From: Octopus sinensis
Taxonomy: Eukaryota
Length of the DNA: 64,000 bases
Assembly: GCF_006345805.1 (NCBI RefSeq)
Contig: NC_042998.1
Location: forward strand, 125,054,001 to 125,118,000
Direction of reading: 5' to 3'
Shown: piece after piece, positions 1 to 14,761 of the stretch
How positions within the stretch are numbered: the first letter of the stretch is position 1
Layout: each line of letters begins with the position of its first letter
Translations under genes and position numbers: made by a program
The notes under the pieces: generated by a model
Databases searched by the model: none
What the model saw: only the letters and a program-made list of their open reading frames with translations
Told to the model about the DNA's origin: nothing

Positions 1-180
1 AATTTACTATATTACACTAATTTAAGTTTAAATACAGGCATATTCGGCATTTTTTTCTTTCATATGGTCAGTAAAAATGGTTCTTATTGATTTATTTGGC
101 TACACCTTTAGCGCTTTCCCTCCCTCTCTCCCTTCTCTCTCCCTCTCCCTATCTCTCCCTCTCCCTCTCTCTGCCTCTCT

Positions 181-286
<106 letters not shown>

Positions 287-1422
287 AAAAATATCAGTAT
301 TCAGTTACTGACTACTTTCCCTTTACAAAACGAATATTTTTATTGTTGCAGTAAAGAGCAATGGAGTAGCAGAAAAGGTTATATTTTTCCTTTTTTATTA
401 TTCTTTTTTTTTAATGCCGTGTGTTATTTGGTTATATTACCTTCTGACACCCCCTTTCATCTTTCGGGAATCGATAAAATCTGTACCAATCAAGTACTAA
501 GATCGATTCAATTGACTTTCATCCTTCTCGAACACATTCGTGGCCGCTTACCAAACTTAGAAATCATTGTTATAGTTATTTTGATTCGTCTTCTTTTATA
601 TTTATGTTAAGCATGGTTTTGTTATTGCTGCCTTTGCTGGTGCTGTTAATATGATGTGCTGCATTGTAGCATTTAATGCCGTCCAACGGTATCTATTACA
701 ATAACCAGTGCCTCGGTTTCGCGGTTTTAAATTCTTCTATGTCCACTTTATCTACCATCCCGATGTGATCGATAAAATTAGTGCCAGTTATGCGCTACAA
801 TCAATTCCGTTGGCGATAATACCTTTACTAGTAGAAATTGGCCATGTGTCGAACCAAAGGAATCATAATTATTTACAGCTTATGATTGAGGTCAAACTAC
901 TAGTAATATATTTCAGTCGATTTGATCGGCTATCAGTTTCTATAACAAAAATTGGTGTGGTTTCAGTAAAAATACGTGACTTTGTACTTGTTCTTTGGCC
1001 CAATATCAGCCTGGATTAAACAGATCTATACTCCAAGACATCCCAGCCACGTGCGCTCCATTTTCATTTCAAAAATCGTAGATATTAAGCCAATGTATTC
1101 TTTTTTTAAGAATGTGAGTTTAGGAGTACCTGGCTGCTATTTCCTGCAGGTCGAGTGAGCACACAGACATTCTTATACATCGTTAGCCAAATATATATAA
1201 TTCATTAATATAGACATGGTTTTTGTTGAATTCTAGATTTAGAAGAGAGGGAAATAAAAGAAAATAATTTGTTCATTCCATATTTACTAACAGCCTATAC
1301 GAAATGTTTTGAACTACTTAGTATTACGCGCATGTGCATGCATTCGCACGCGCGCACATACACTCGCATACACACACATAAGTACACACATGTATATATA
1401 TATTGTTTGTAGTAGTAGTAGG

Positions 1423-1455
<33 letters not shown>

Positions 1456-2293
1456 GGTGGTAGTAGTAGTAGCAGTAGTAGTAGTAGTAAGACTGGAACA
1501 CTGTAAATCTTATAAATTCCTTGAAAGATGAACACATTGATGAAAACATTTTAGTTGTCGGTGTTCTTCCAAGTAAATAGTGAAACACAAGGTATTGTGC
1601 GTTCTGTGTATAACAAAGAGTGTGCGGCGCAATGACCTTATAAGAGCTTTTGGCAACAATTCAAGTTTCGTTGATTAATCATATTTCGATCTACTAGCAA
1701 ATATTTTTGCTTCAATATTTTCACTCAACATTTACTCCCCAGTTACTTCAATAATCGGCACCATGAAACTCAGTGTAACGATCCAACAGATTTGAACTTG
1801 TTATAAAACATGCGAGCTCTACTTTGCATATTGAGTACATTAAGCTTCGGTTTTAAATGCAAACGTTCTTCAGTCCATAGACATACATACATACATACAT
1901 ACATACATACATACATACATACATACATACATAAATACATACATACATACATACATACGTACGTAGACATACATACATACATACATACATACATACATAC
2001 ATAAATACATACATACATACATACATACATACGTAGACATACATACATACATACATACATACATGCATACATACATACGTAGACATACACACATACACGC
2101 ATACACATACATATAAACATACCCATACCTATGGATTAAATGAATATTCGTTCTCACACTTATCTTTCAGTTCTTTATTCAAAGCGACCAAACACAGCTT
2201 CTTTGAAATGGTTTCCCCTTCTCCCTCTCTTTCTCTCTCTATATATATATGTGTGTGTGTCTCTGTGTGTGTGTGTGTGTGTGTGTGTGTTGT

Positions 2294-2330
<37 letters not shown>

Positions 2331-2359
2331 TGTGTGTCTGTGTGTCTGTGTGTGTGTGT

Positions 2360-2397
<38 letters not shown>

Positions 2398-2830
2398 CAA
2401 CAGAATCAAATATATCATTAAAGAAAGGCAGAGAAAAACTTACATTTTTGTGTCCATACAAATTACATAGTTTCGAGAGATTGATAACAATTTTTTTTGT
2501 TTTTATTTTTTGCTTTTTTGTCTAATAATCTAAACTATATATTTCAGAAATTGTTAGATATTGTGATCATTTCTTAGCTACCACTATAATTGTTCACATA
2601 GTTACAAGCCGAAATATATGTGTATGTAAATATGAATATATGAAGTGATATTGAATAAAAGTTTCATGAAATATATCATTAAAGTTTTAGTCGAAATGTC
2701 TGGTTGTCCTACAGTACTAAACAGAATAACAGAAATATAGAGAATACAATTACAACAATATAAATACCGACCAGTTTGATATTGGACTAACATGTGTTTA
2801 ACAACTGAGTATAGAGATATAACGATAGAC

Positions 2831-2924
<94 letters not shown>

Positions 2925-3484
2925 GTAGGTAGGTAGGTAGGTAGGTAGGTAGGTAGGTAGGTAGGTAGATATATTCTTGTATGTATATATATATATTGGT
3001 CGTGAAGCTATAATCCCTAATTATCAGATACATAGATTCAGCTTACTGTCTAGAACCTACCATTAATCTCATTTACAAGTTTAGGAGCCGTATCACCTAA
3101 CGATATTTGAAGCTGCGCATTATCAATAACGTTATTAGTTACTGTAAGTTTAAAGATTTAAGACAGTTTTCAATAACTTTACATGAGATTTCGAAAATAA
3201 ATATTACATCTAGATATTGTAGTTTCCTTTGTGTATGTGTGTGCGCGCACGCGTGCATGCGTGGCCTTATGTTTCGAGTAGTGTTTAGATTCAAAATTAT
3301 ATTGGGTCTTTTGAGTTACCGAAGAAAATCTAAATTCAATGAAATGATTCAAAAGAGCAAAATACTTGAATCACTATCCTATTCCTTCTACATGCTAATG
3401 CTGCTGACTTCGGCAATACAATATACCAACTTGCAATACGTCACTCATAAATAAATGCCTAAAGCTTTCCCTTTAGAAACATAC

Positions 3485-3539
3485 AAAATTCTGGCCAGAG
3501 AACTATCTCTCGGCTCTCTTCGTAGAATCTGTACAAAAG
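3485..3539 (-). CDS. Candidate short coding exon, unknown protein (LLYRFYEESREIVLWPEF, or from the inner acceptor at 3528 ILRREPRDSSLARI)
   Basis: Minus strand: tttctttactatctactatAG|ctttt...gaatttt|GTATGT. Open in phase 0 from either acceptor. No homology recognised. Confidence 0.25.
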
Positions 3540-5646
3540 CTATAGTAGATAGTAAAGAAATTACATACAAATACATGTCAAACATACCCAAGTACCCCAA
3601 GCTAGACTCTCAACAGGAAAATACAATAACATTATCATAACATTAATTATGATAATCTGAACTGGATTAAGGCCCATCCGATACCCTAAATACAGCTCAG
3701 TAAATACAGCGCGACCTTTCCATTGTCTTACAAAACATTAAGAAAATTGTCATAATTTTTGACAATTAAGAAAACAGATATAATGTATTATTTGCACAGT
3801 GGTAAATCTGGCGTTGGGAAAACAAACTTTATGGGGCTTCCTTGCTTTGGTGCCTTAAGCACGAGTACATGTTGTTTAATGGTTAATCCATGAATGGTAC
3901 TAATCCTAAATAGGCCTTGCAAAAAGAAAAGTACTGCACAGCATAACAAGTAGCACAGATTCTGCACCTTTATCTACCTTTGCAACAAATAACACGCTCA
4001 AATTAACAGACCACCTGGAAAAGTTGTTGTTGAAGCTGTTTGACTACAGATCAGCGTTGATTGAGCAGATATATGATCAAATCCATTCTACACATAGCCG
4101 TCCCGTCTTATTTTCAGACAGTCAACTCTAACATTTATATTACCTGTCACTGCACATACAGTCACACCTAAACCAGGCACTCAAACCATCGACAACAAAT
4201 CACAACAATTTTAAACCACCCCCTAATTTTGTGGCTTCTGTGTAGTCGCCTGTTTCTCTTAAATCCTACCTGTATTTTTAAAAAATGACTTGGCTCAATG
4301 CAGTTCTCGACGAGATGGCTAAAATTGTCATGTACTCGATTATGGATATACTTGTCCTTAGTTGACCCGGGTTAAACAATTATTGCAATAACTTGAAAAT
4401 ATTTACGATTCTTACTCAATACAGACAAAACGGAAAGCGCAAACAAAATAGCAACTGCATAGATAGCTTTATTAACCCCAAACAAATATACTGGGAAATG
4501 CATGCGTTCCTTTCACCACACTCATCTTCGCTGTAGCGACCACACCAGAATTCACTGGCATATACACAATTGAGTGAGATAGCTTGTACATTGTCGTACG
4601 ATTGATAGAAACTGCATCCAAATCTTCTTCAAATAAGACTGCAATGTCTTTAAAAAAATAGGAAGAGCACATAATGTAACCCTAGATACTCGGAACAGTT
4701 CCCCACATTTCCTGAAGATATGAAATTGAGTGCTGTGACATTAATACATTTTCCGCAGTCACTTTTAGTATAATCAAGTCGAATTGAGACGCATCATGTA
4801 TCAAAACACATTCACAAATTCACAAAACTGGTTGCTTGTCTTTACTGAATATTTGCATATTGTATAACATTATATTTGTAAACATTTGTTCGGTTTGACA
4901 ATTAATACGTGACAATTATTATGTAATGCAGCAAAGAGCAAAACTAATTGTGTCGTTGGTTATTTAATGATTGTAATTACATAAATTACTATACACCTTA
5001 TTTTCATGATAATTGTGTATGCATGTGTGTATGCATGTATGTATGTATGTATGTATGTATGTATGTATGTATGCATGCATGTGTATGTATGTATGTATGT
5101 ATTGTCGTCATCAACATTTGAAATTTTCTTGTATGCTACTGGTTTTTGGTAGTAGCTTGATAAATAATTTATAAATTTATAGAAATATTGCAGAATCATT
5201 TGTATGCATTAAGATTAGATTTTCATTTATTTTGCAATATTTCCATTATCTAATTAATTCGCCACTTTGCACAAGTTCTAAATTTGATTATAATAGGGAA
5301 GATTGTCATCAGTATTATTATTGTTATCGTCATTGTTTTTATGATTATTATTAGTAGTAGTATTAATATTAGTATTCCCGTTAGTGTTGTTCTGGTTGTT
5401 GCTGTCATATATTAAAGGGAACGGTAATAAAACTGCACTGGATATCGTTATTCTATCTTCTAAAAGAGCTCAGCGTGGAAGTAATTGTTAACTGAAATAC
5501 TTTACGAAATTTTATTTTTCCTTTTTGCTCCAGTATTACAAAATTCAGGTTTCTGAAATGTTCAAGGGTCTACTCCATTACCTGGTATAGAAGAAATTTT
5601 ACGCGCGTTGAAAGATGATCCATTCAGAAATAGCAGATGTACTCAC

Positions 5647-5716
5647 TACAATGGTGTTAGCAGCACCCATTAACATATTTATCCACTCATACATAAAGCT
5701 CAAACCAGAGAACAAA
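5647..5716 (-). CDS. Candidate coding exon, hydrophobic peptide LFSGLSFMYEWINMLMGAANTIV
   Basis: Minus strand: ttgtttgtatttttgatAG|70 nt|GTGAGT. Only one frame is open. Confidence 0.4.
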
Positions 5717-6899
5717 CTATCAAAAATACAAACAATGAAATTATTAAATATATAGAGGGACCAACAAGTTTTAAAACTTGTACAATAGAATGCATAAACG
5801 TAAAGCAATGTTATTACCAGTTCGAATATGGCAGTGGCAAGTTCGAACTCGTTAACAAACTACCTCGTAATAAACGGAACAGTGTAAGACAAATTAATTT
5901 TAATGAGAAAACAGTACAAACAAGAATGACTACACTATCAACATCGTTCGCTAACGTTGTGGGCCAAAATAAGTTTTTCGACTACTCGTAAAAATTGGAG
6001 GAAAAACAAAAGGAAAAGTTGAGTTACGTCACAAAAGGAAATGTATTGATCTCTGGTCACTGTGTCATAAGATGTTAGCTCCATTGGCCTGAACAGCGCA
6101 TATGGAAATGTGTGCCTGGGTTTTTAAGACCGAGATCAAGACGAGGAGCCGTGTAGAGATTTTGTGCTACACGTCTGCCTACAGACTAGTTTAGCAGTAT
6201 ATAGGTTTCGGAATTACTAAGTTCACAGACAGTGCTTTAGTGTGGATGTCAGCTCTTATCATGTCGTCACTTTCATGTAAAAGAACGCACATTTGGTGAA
6301 AGCAGAACAATCAACAACACATGGTCGGGTAGGATCTGTGAGGACAGTTAGATCCTAATGACTCAGGAAGACCACGTAGCTATTCCGGAATTGGAAACAA
6401 GTCAATCAGGCTGGTTGCACGAGGTAGCAGTTGCTGCACAAAAATTACTTGAGACCCAACTGCCCAAAAGAGAGTGGAAGCAAAAAATAGGTTAACATAC
6501 AACAGCAGAGGTAGCAACACCAACAGCAGAAAGTTCTAGAGGTGATGACCATGACGAAAATACACCTGTCTGTAGTGCACAGCTGGAGCAGTTGTAGATA
6601 TCGTCGAAGGGGGAGTAAGTGAAGTTGCTTTATCCAAATCCCATCAGCATCAGGAGCCGAGGACGACTATAAACCGAAAAATACCTTCCCTTAACACAGT
6701 ACTGGTCAGAGGTTGTAAGTAATAGAGCCACTCCGGAGTTTGACCGGACTAAGTGAGAAACTAATAAGAAAGGGAAGAGGAGAAAATAGGGAACGTCTAT
6801 ACAGAGGTAAAACATGGGCCGGAAGTTCCCCACGAAGCAGCACTCAACTCCACCGAGTACTTGAATTTACAGTAATCCGAAAATATTCGGTAGAGCTGC

Positions 6900-7600
6900 T
6901 GAAGAAGGGGCAGTGAACAAAAGAAATGGTGAGCAAAGAGGACAATTATTAGTCATAACTCCTTCCAAAAACCGCGAAAGAATTTGTGGGCGAAGAAATC
7001 TCCAAGAGGTGACTTAACTTAAATTGACTGTTGTCTACCGCAAAAGATGGCATAATAGTATGGAGGACTGCAAGGCTTTCAACACGTCTCATTTCGTGGG
7101 AGGTAACTGTTGTATTGTATCAACAAAAATGAAATTGAGTAACCGAAAATCAAAAATTGTATTTCATAAAACACTTCAACTGGTGTGCAATTAGAGATAG
7201 TCCAAAAATAGTCAGAAATATCGTCAATACAGTTGCACTTCACTTTAACAATCGCCCTGAATCCCAACAATCTTACCGGGACTTAGTGAAAATCTGCAAT
7301 AGCGTCGGAAAAGAAAAGTTTCCTCCGAAACTAACTTCCAAATCTGCAACTGTCGATCACATTGAAGTTTCCAATACACGTGAAGCAACTCATAGATCAA
7401 ATTTCAACAAACTATCTGCAGCTTAAATAGACCATCGCCAAATATTCAACAGCTGCAAAGGAGAAAGAATTAACAATACTTTAAAGGTATTTAAAACTAC
7501 CATCACCGGTGATCATGTACAAGCATTCAAACTTGTGTGTGAGCTTTCTGGGGAAAAGTCTGGAATCACTTTCATATAAGGTAACGACAGACTGAACATC
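6900..7600 (+). mobile_element. Decayed RTE-like LINE fragment (APE endonuclease C-terminus plus linker)
   Basis: Frameshifted translation gives NKRNGE, NSFQKPRKNLWAKKSPRG, IDCCL-RKRWHNSMEDCKAFN (APE end motifs), then AFKLVCELSGEKS, typical of the EN-RT linker. Confidence 0.6.
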
Positions 7601-7720
7601 TAGATCACCCACTGGGGTCGATATAATTGACTTACCCCACCCTCGAAATTACTAGCCTTCTGCTAAAATTTGAAATCATTATCATTATCATCATCATCAT
7701 TATTATTATTATTGTTATTA

Positions 7721-7770
<50 letters not shown>

Positions 7771-7774
7771 GTAT

Positions 7775-8170
7775 GGCGGCGAGTTGCCAAGAACGTTAGC
7801 ACGTCGGGGGGAATGCTTACCAGCAGTTCATCTGTTTTTTTATGTTCTGAATTCAAATTCTACCGAGGTCGACTTTGCTTTTCATCCTTTCGCAGTCGAT
7901 AAAATAAGTACCAGTTGAGTATTAAGATCGATGTAATCGACTTAGCCCCTGCCCAGAAATTGCTACCAAAATATGAAAATTAAGCCGGACAGCTGGCAAA
8001 ATCATTAGCACGCCGGGCAAAATGCTTAGCGGCATTTTGTCCGTCTCTACTTTCTGGGTTCAAATTTCTCCGAGGTCAACTTTGCCTTTCCTCCTTTTGG
8101 GGTCGAGGTAATCAACTAGTTCCCTATCCCCAAATTTCAGGTCTTGTGCCTATAGTTGAAAGGATTATTA
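7775..8170 (+). mobile_element. Two tandem copies of the abundant tRNA-like SINE family A (GGCGGCGAGCTGGCAGAA...)
   Basis: Both match 50576-50798 and sit after an (ATT)n tract. Confidence 0.75.
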
Positions 8171-9529
8171 TTAATGTTATTATTATTCAATTTTACCAAC
8201 AGCAAATATTTAAAGAAAACTTAATTAATCAGTGACTCTTGGCTTATAATTAAAACGCTCTTACATTCGGTTCTTTTATCTTTTCTTTCGCTCTTCCGTT
8301 ATCAGCACTCAACGATTTAATAGGAATCAACAGATCGCTATTAATCCATTATTAAAATATGTAGGAAGCTACAAAAATGCAAAATAAGGAAGTAGCAGAC
8401 AGAATGAATTTAATCAGGTAGAAATATTGATGGCATGCATCTATTCCAGTAGAGATGAATAACTGAGCAGTCTAATGTAGTTTAGGATAATTTTGTTTTT
8501 CTTGGTTATTTTTAATTTCAGTATTTTATTTGACATTGAAGTATCTTTACATTAATTATTTTCGAAAAAATAAAATATATATTTATATAAACGATAATGT
8601 GCTACATTTTATTCAAAGTTTTTGTAAATTTTCGGAAGCGTCCGGTAGAATATCCAGAATACGTTATTGAAAAAAATATCTAATTCATGCTTAATTTATG
8701 AGATCATTTTATGACATCGCTCACTCCAGATAACTAGAGAAAAAAAAATGATAATTTCATTACGAAGCGAGTTAGTTTCCCGTGTTCATCACCTTACAAC
8801 TTAACCTTTACTCTCTTCAAATTGTTAATTGAATGATTGGTTCTTAACTCACATTAGTTAATGCCGCATCTTATTTTTTTTTCTTTTTTGGCAAGTGGGG
8901 AGGGTTCCACGCCTCTATTGTTTAGCAGTAATAGCTAATAGAATGAAGTCAGTGTGTCGTGAATAGAAAAAATAACTGATATTTAAAACAAAGTTGTTGA
9001 TCGGAGAAGAACTCTACTGGAACGTAAGATATTTACACATCGCACGGCACACTAATATACCTTGGCAGAACCCATTTCGTATAATCGAAGCATGTTGGAA
9101 ATCATGTTGGAAATCAATAAACTCCATTTTTATCTTATTTTAATTTATACTTCATTAACTATATTAATTCTTGGTGATGCATATCACCACTACTTACCCC
9201 TAAGTCGTAAACCAATGAAACAACGGCCGCTGATTGCTCGACCTGCAAAGCATAGCAGTCAAATTACCCTCAAATCACATTTTATCGTCTTAAAAATGGG
9301 AAAACTCATTGGATAATATATCTGTAGATATATCATATCTAAAAATGTGCATGTTAATCACCTTTGGTCAAACTCTGCTTTATAAAGGTTCATCAGTAGC
9401 TAAAAACCAACAGCAACAAAGAAGCACTCTTGTAATCACATTCGATTATTACATTTTATGTTTTCTTACTAACGCCATAACTTCAAAATGAATTATCGAA
9501 CTCCATTGTTTCGATATCACATTGTTGTA

Positions 9530-10056
9530 TTGGGTTGTCCGGAAAGTTCGTGCCGATTTATAATAGCTTACCTTTCGACTTATTTTAGAACATGGTTGAG
9601 TCCATAAAATAGGACTATCCTTTCGTGGAAGAAGGTTTATGTTCCTATAACTTCTGTTAATTCGGTAACCCTTTAAAATGGAAGAAAGTTCATTTTTGGT
9701 ACTTATTGCTTTGGGAAACAGACAAAAATTGCTGCAGCTCGGCTGGGATGTGTTACCCCACCCTCCATATTCACCAGATATTGCTCCTTCGGATTTCCAC
9801 TTATTCAGGTCTTTGCAGAATAGTCTTGATGGTAAAAATTTCAATTCTTTAGATGACGTAAAAAGATACCTTGATTAATTATTTGCCATGAAACCACCTC
9901 AATTCTGGGAAGAGGGTATTTTCAAGTTAAAGGAAAGATGGAGACGCATTGTGCAACAAAATGGTTCATATTTGGTAGATCAAATATATAATGGCAAGTA
10001 TTTATTGGCCTTTATCTTTCCTTTAAAAATCGGCAGGAACTTTCCGGACAGCCCAA
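9530..10056 (+). mobile_element. Internally deleted mariner transposon (527 bp) with TIRs and TA target-site duplication
   Basis: About 30-bp TIRs TTGGGTTGTCCGGAAAGTTCGTGCCGATTT / AAATCGGCAGGAACTTTCCGGACAGCCCAA, flanked by TA. Retains transposase C-terminus LGWDVLPHPPYSPDIAPSDFHLFRSLQN...GIFKLKERWRRIVQQNGSY with one stop. Confidence 0.92.
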
Positions 10057-10859
10057 TATTATACACTGTGGGTATAACACTCTTCCTGTAATCGGTGAGG
10101 ATTTGATTCTCACCACCATCACTAAAAATATGTTGTATTCATAGGACAAGTTTTAGACTTTGAACCATTAGCCTTCTATGTTTTGCTTTGCTTTGTATTA
10201 TCGTATAAAGTAATTCCATTCGTAACAATACTGAATTTGTTTGCAGTATCCATTTTCACAGCTAGATTGACACTGACTGAGAGAAAAAACGAGGGGTTGT
10301 AGATTAATTGAATATCATATAGACACAACACACGCCAGTGACGTGATAGCACATTCACTTACATAAGCACCTACGCACACTTCTGCTTGTAGTCCAACAT
10401 GATGACGTCTTGTTCAGCGATAAAAACATGGAATCTAATTTCAATAGTCATAAAGTTCAAATGCAAGGACATTTTACAAAACTGCATTGCCACTTAGGTT
10501 TTTTACATTGATTTCATTCATTGAAATATGGATACCGTCTTCAGCAGCTTAAATAAATTAAATCGACCTCAGTACTTGCCTGCTACTTATTACCAACATC
10601 GGAGGAGAAATCAAAAGCAAAGTATCATCCAGAGACATCGGAAGGCAACGGAGACAACTAAGTGTATTACAAGGTATTTACGCTCAACACACCGATTCTT
10701 CCCCACCTTAGCCTTCTATGCATATATACACGGGCGCTTGTGTTACATATGCTTCCCATCATATTTATATTAATATCTATGTTCTTGTGCGTGCGGATGG
10801 GGTGTTTCTATGTTGTTTTCAATGTTTTTACACATTCAGTTGGGCATGTACTCTATCAT

Positions 10860-11143
10860 TATATATCCTTTTACTTGTTTCAGTAATTTTCTTTTGCCGA
10901 ACAGCTAAGTTATAGGGACGTAAACACACCAACATCGGCTGTCAAGTACATATATATATATATATATATATAATATATATATATATACGACGGGCTTCAG
11001 TTTCCGTCTACCAAATCTACTCACAACGCTTTGGTCGACCAGAAGCTATAGAAGAAGACATTTACCCAAGGTATCACGCAGTGGGACTGAACCTGGAAGC
11101 ATGTGGTTGGGAAGCAAGCTTTTTACCACACAGCCATGCTGCG

Positions 11144-11145
<2 letters not shown>
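10860..11145 (-). mobile_element. SINE family B (tRNA-like head, internal microsatellite)
   Basis: Matches 38750-39143 and 62778-63162. Confidence 0.75.
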
Positions 11146-11242
<97 letters not shown>

Positions 11243-12544
11243 GGGGGGAGAGAAAGAGAGAAAGGTTTGATACACGCACATACACATTATTTACGATATG
11301 TTTTACAAACCTGAGAAACACGTGTCGTTTTATTGTTTGTGTACATTTGTTCAAATCGTTGGGGATGGGTGTAGGTGAGTGTGTGTGTATATATATGTGG
11401 GAATATACAAAACTCATAGCATGTCTAGACAGGACCGTCCGTTATATATAAATGTGTATACAAGTAGTTGATTGAAACAAACACATTACAAAAAATATAA
11501 ATACCACTTTGTATTTACTATCACAATAAGGTTAAGTGGAAGTCGACCGTTTGTCAGTTTGACTTGCAGCTGTGCTTATAGCTCAATTATTAATATTGTT
11601 ACATACCCTACAATGCTGTATTGATCTCATGTTTTCGTGTCTCTCTTTTCCAATCATTGTCTGTCTAGACTTCTCGGGGAAGAAAGCCACTTCCTCGAAT
11701 GAAAACCCATTAGCAAATTCGGACCCTTGCTCCCAATAATTCTATATCTTTAATATCTATTTCTATTTTGTTTTTTTTTTCTATAACAGAGTCTATAATG
11801 ACTTCTGTTTTTCGGAACTTACCAACAGTGTTCTGTTCTCAGTGTGAATTTCCATTACATTCACCCAAACGGTACGTTTTTCTCTATAAAAGAAAAAAGT
11901 TTTGTATTAAATATTTTATCATACAAAACTTCTGCAATATGGAATTCTGAATTTACAAATATATTCTGAGTTACTGAGATGTTTTACTTTTTAATTGTTT
12001 TTTGCTTTTTGTTTTTTGTTGTTTTTTAATCTCGTTTTGATTATTGTTGGTCTCCTCTTTACTTCATTGGTTTTGTTTGATTCATACTAGAAATATTTAC
12101 CAACATTTTCCATATTTAAACTGAAGCGATTTAATCCTCTCAGCACGCTGCTATAAGCTTGAGGTTGAGAGAAACTGGTTTTAATGTTGACATTGATGTC
12201 GATTCAAAAGACTGTACTTATTCCTTTTTATATACATTCATATTTCGTGTGTGTGTCGAAACTCTGAACTCGGTCAACCTTCTATTCCTAATAAAAGTTA
12301 ATGATATCCATAATATCTGTTAGGCAGCTGATGGAAGTATATGTTTGATGTGCTTACTGTTTGTACTCTCGTTGTTCAAAGTCCTTCATTCTTGCAGAGT
12401 TGAATTTGTTAAGGGTTTCTTGGTTTCTTGGTTGTTGATGAATTTGTTGATTATGTTATACCATACATTGATATTGCGTGATTGTCTTTCGTAAGGAGTC
12501 TAAATCTGGTTAGGGTAATACTCATTTAAGGATTTCTAGTTTTG

Positions 12545-13115
12545 GGAAAATTTTCGAAGTTCCTCAGGGAACTATACTGGGTCGACTGCTGCTCGTAGTA
12601 ATTCTGTCAGACCTATTCTCAGACATGCAGTCATACACTTTTTCCAGCTATGCTGATGACTCAAAAGTATCGCAAGCAATCAAGGTCCCTGATGATACCT
12701 CAAACACATCAAAACTACAGTAAGATTTGAACGTAATATGCATGTAGACGAAAGAAAACAATATGCAGTTCAATGCTGACGAGTTTCAAGTATTCAGGTG
12801 CCGGCCTACAAACGGGTTGCAATCTTAATATGTAGGTTCGGGGGTTTTGCAATCGCAGAAGTAGAGTCGGTGCGCGACCTGGTAATCCACTTCACCTTTC
12901 TAATATATCCTTCTGTGTGCATATTACTAAGATGGCAACAACGTGTGAGTGACTGGTTGGATTCTGAGATCATTCAGAACGCGAAAAGGGAAATCATGTT
13001 GCTCCTATGGAAAACATTCAGTTGCCTGCTTTCGATTATGGTCGCCACAAAGCGTCAAATTAACGAAAGAACTTGGGGCAATCCAGCATCACTATACCAA
13101 GAAGATGGTCTTCTG
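12545..13115 (+). mobile_element. Decayed CR1/L2-type LINE reverse transcriptase fragment
   Basis: VPQGTILG...SYADDSK...KLQ*DLN...NNMQFNADEFQV, with stops and frameshifts. Confidence 0.8.
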
Positions 13116-13129
13116 AAAAAGGCTAACAG

Positions 13130-14410
13130 AGTTGAGACTCTACTTCCTGGAGAGAAGACGCGAACGTATGCAGTCTCTTTCCTTTCTCTCTCTCTCTCTC
13201 CCTGTTCTACTTCTAGCTTTTCTTTTTCCTTGTCTTCCTCTTCGTCCCATCTCCTTTGCTTTTCTCTCTGTCGCGCTCTCTCGCCCTCTTTCTCTTCTGC
13301 CTGCTGCTGACACGTGACCCGTTACTAGCCTTTCTTTCTTTCTCTCTCGCTTTTTTTTTTACACTGGTCGCGTAACTGACCGGTCCTAAATTCTCTGTGC
13401 CTCACTGGCACACGTCTTGCTTTTTCTCACATTTCTAATCCTTTAGGATTGCCCTCTAAGCGTTAACTACCATTCGTGTGTTTTTGTTTGTTTGTTTGTT
13501 TGTTTTGCCCTGAGGCTGTATTTTGTCCCCTTCTTATTTATTATATCTTTGTCCTTCGTTCGTCGTCTTAAATTACATTTATTCACTTTCGTATGTCCAC
13601 TTCTTATCGCTTGTTATCCATGTGTCGTTTGCTCTTGGCCCTATATTCTCCGTAACCTTCGCGGGCACCGCCAGCATGGGAAGCACCTCAGTATTTTCAT
13701 TAATGGTGCAAAACTGAGTAATACCAACTGGCTAATAACTGATGAAGAATTAGGGACCCTCTATGTCTGTCTTCCGTCCGTTTGTGCACTCAATATACGT
13801 TATACGTTGTTTACTTTTAGTATCTGTATTTACTATATATTCACGTAACGGAAAGATTAGGCATGAAGAGACACTGTGTCTCTTTCATTTTTCTATTGCC
13901 CCTCCTTAATTCTTCTATCCCCCTGCCTCTACCTCTCTCTCTTCTCTCCCCACGTGACCGGTGTTCGGCCGGGCCTGACCTTTCTTTCTTGGTTGAACTA
14001 CTGTCCGTACAACATCTATATTCCTTCCTGTGCTTGTCAAATGTTATGTCCCTGCAATAAGGCTTTACTTCCACACACGCCAGCTTAATTTAATTCGTCC
14101 CTAGTCGAAAGACACCTGTTGTTATGTCCTGTTATTTATATTTGTCTAATATTTCTGGGGTTTTTTCCGTCCCTGTTTCATATACATTCGCTGCTTTCTT
14201 CCAAGAAATGTAATGCTCTTAGCTTATTTTTCCTTGGGGCTGGCCAGATTGGAGCAATCTCGTGTATAACCAGCCGAAATTGCAAAGATAATCTAGAAGT
14301 CGACTGAGGATAGAAAACTCCGAATGATCCGTTCTTGTTTTCCTTGTATCGTCTGTCTAGATATTTTGTTTGTTTTCCTTTTTATGTTTCACCTAACTGT
14401 CTGAATGTTT
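13130..14410 (+). mobile_element. Non-coding repeat element (CT-rich, CACGTGAC motifs), possibly Penelope-like non-autonomous
   Basis: Shares CACGTGACC and AACTGATG(A/G)AG motifs and overall layout with 36445-37130 (minus strand). Class is inferred. Confidence 0.3.
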
Positions 14411-14489
14411 TGCGTTCTTGTCCCATTTTTGTATTTTTATATATAAAATAAAGCGGCGTACGTACACTTTGGTCTCTCTCTCTCTCTCA

Positions 14490-14627
<138 letters not shown>

Positions 14628-14729
14628 ATATGAGTTAATTCGTTCCCGGAGAATGCTCGTAAACAAAAAATAAAACTCGTATAAACTCGTAAGCCCAGAA
14701 TCTCGTGCAGTGAGGTAATTCTGTAAATG

Positions 14730-14761
<32 letters not shown>

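Noticed and set aside
10340-10450. Minus-strand exon FHVFIAEQDVIMLDYKQKC near a GTAAGT donor
   Set aside because: Weak acceptor, and that frame stops before the strong donor.
12545-12570. CTGAGGA...GAAA on the minus strand
   Set aside because: Antisense of the RT VPQG codons; stem II cannot form.
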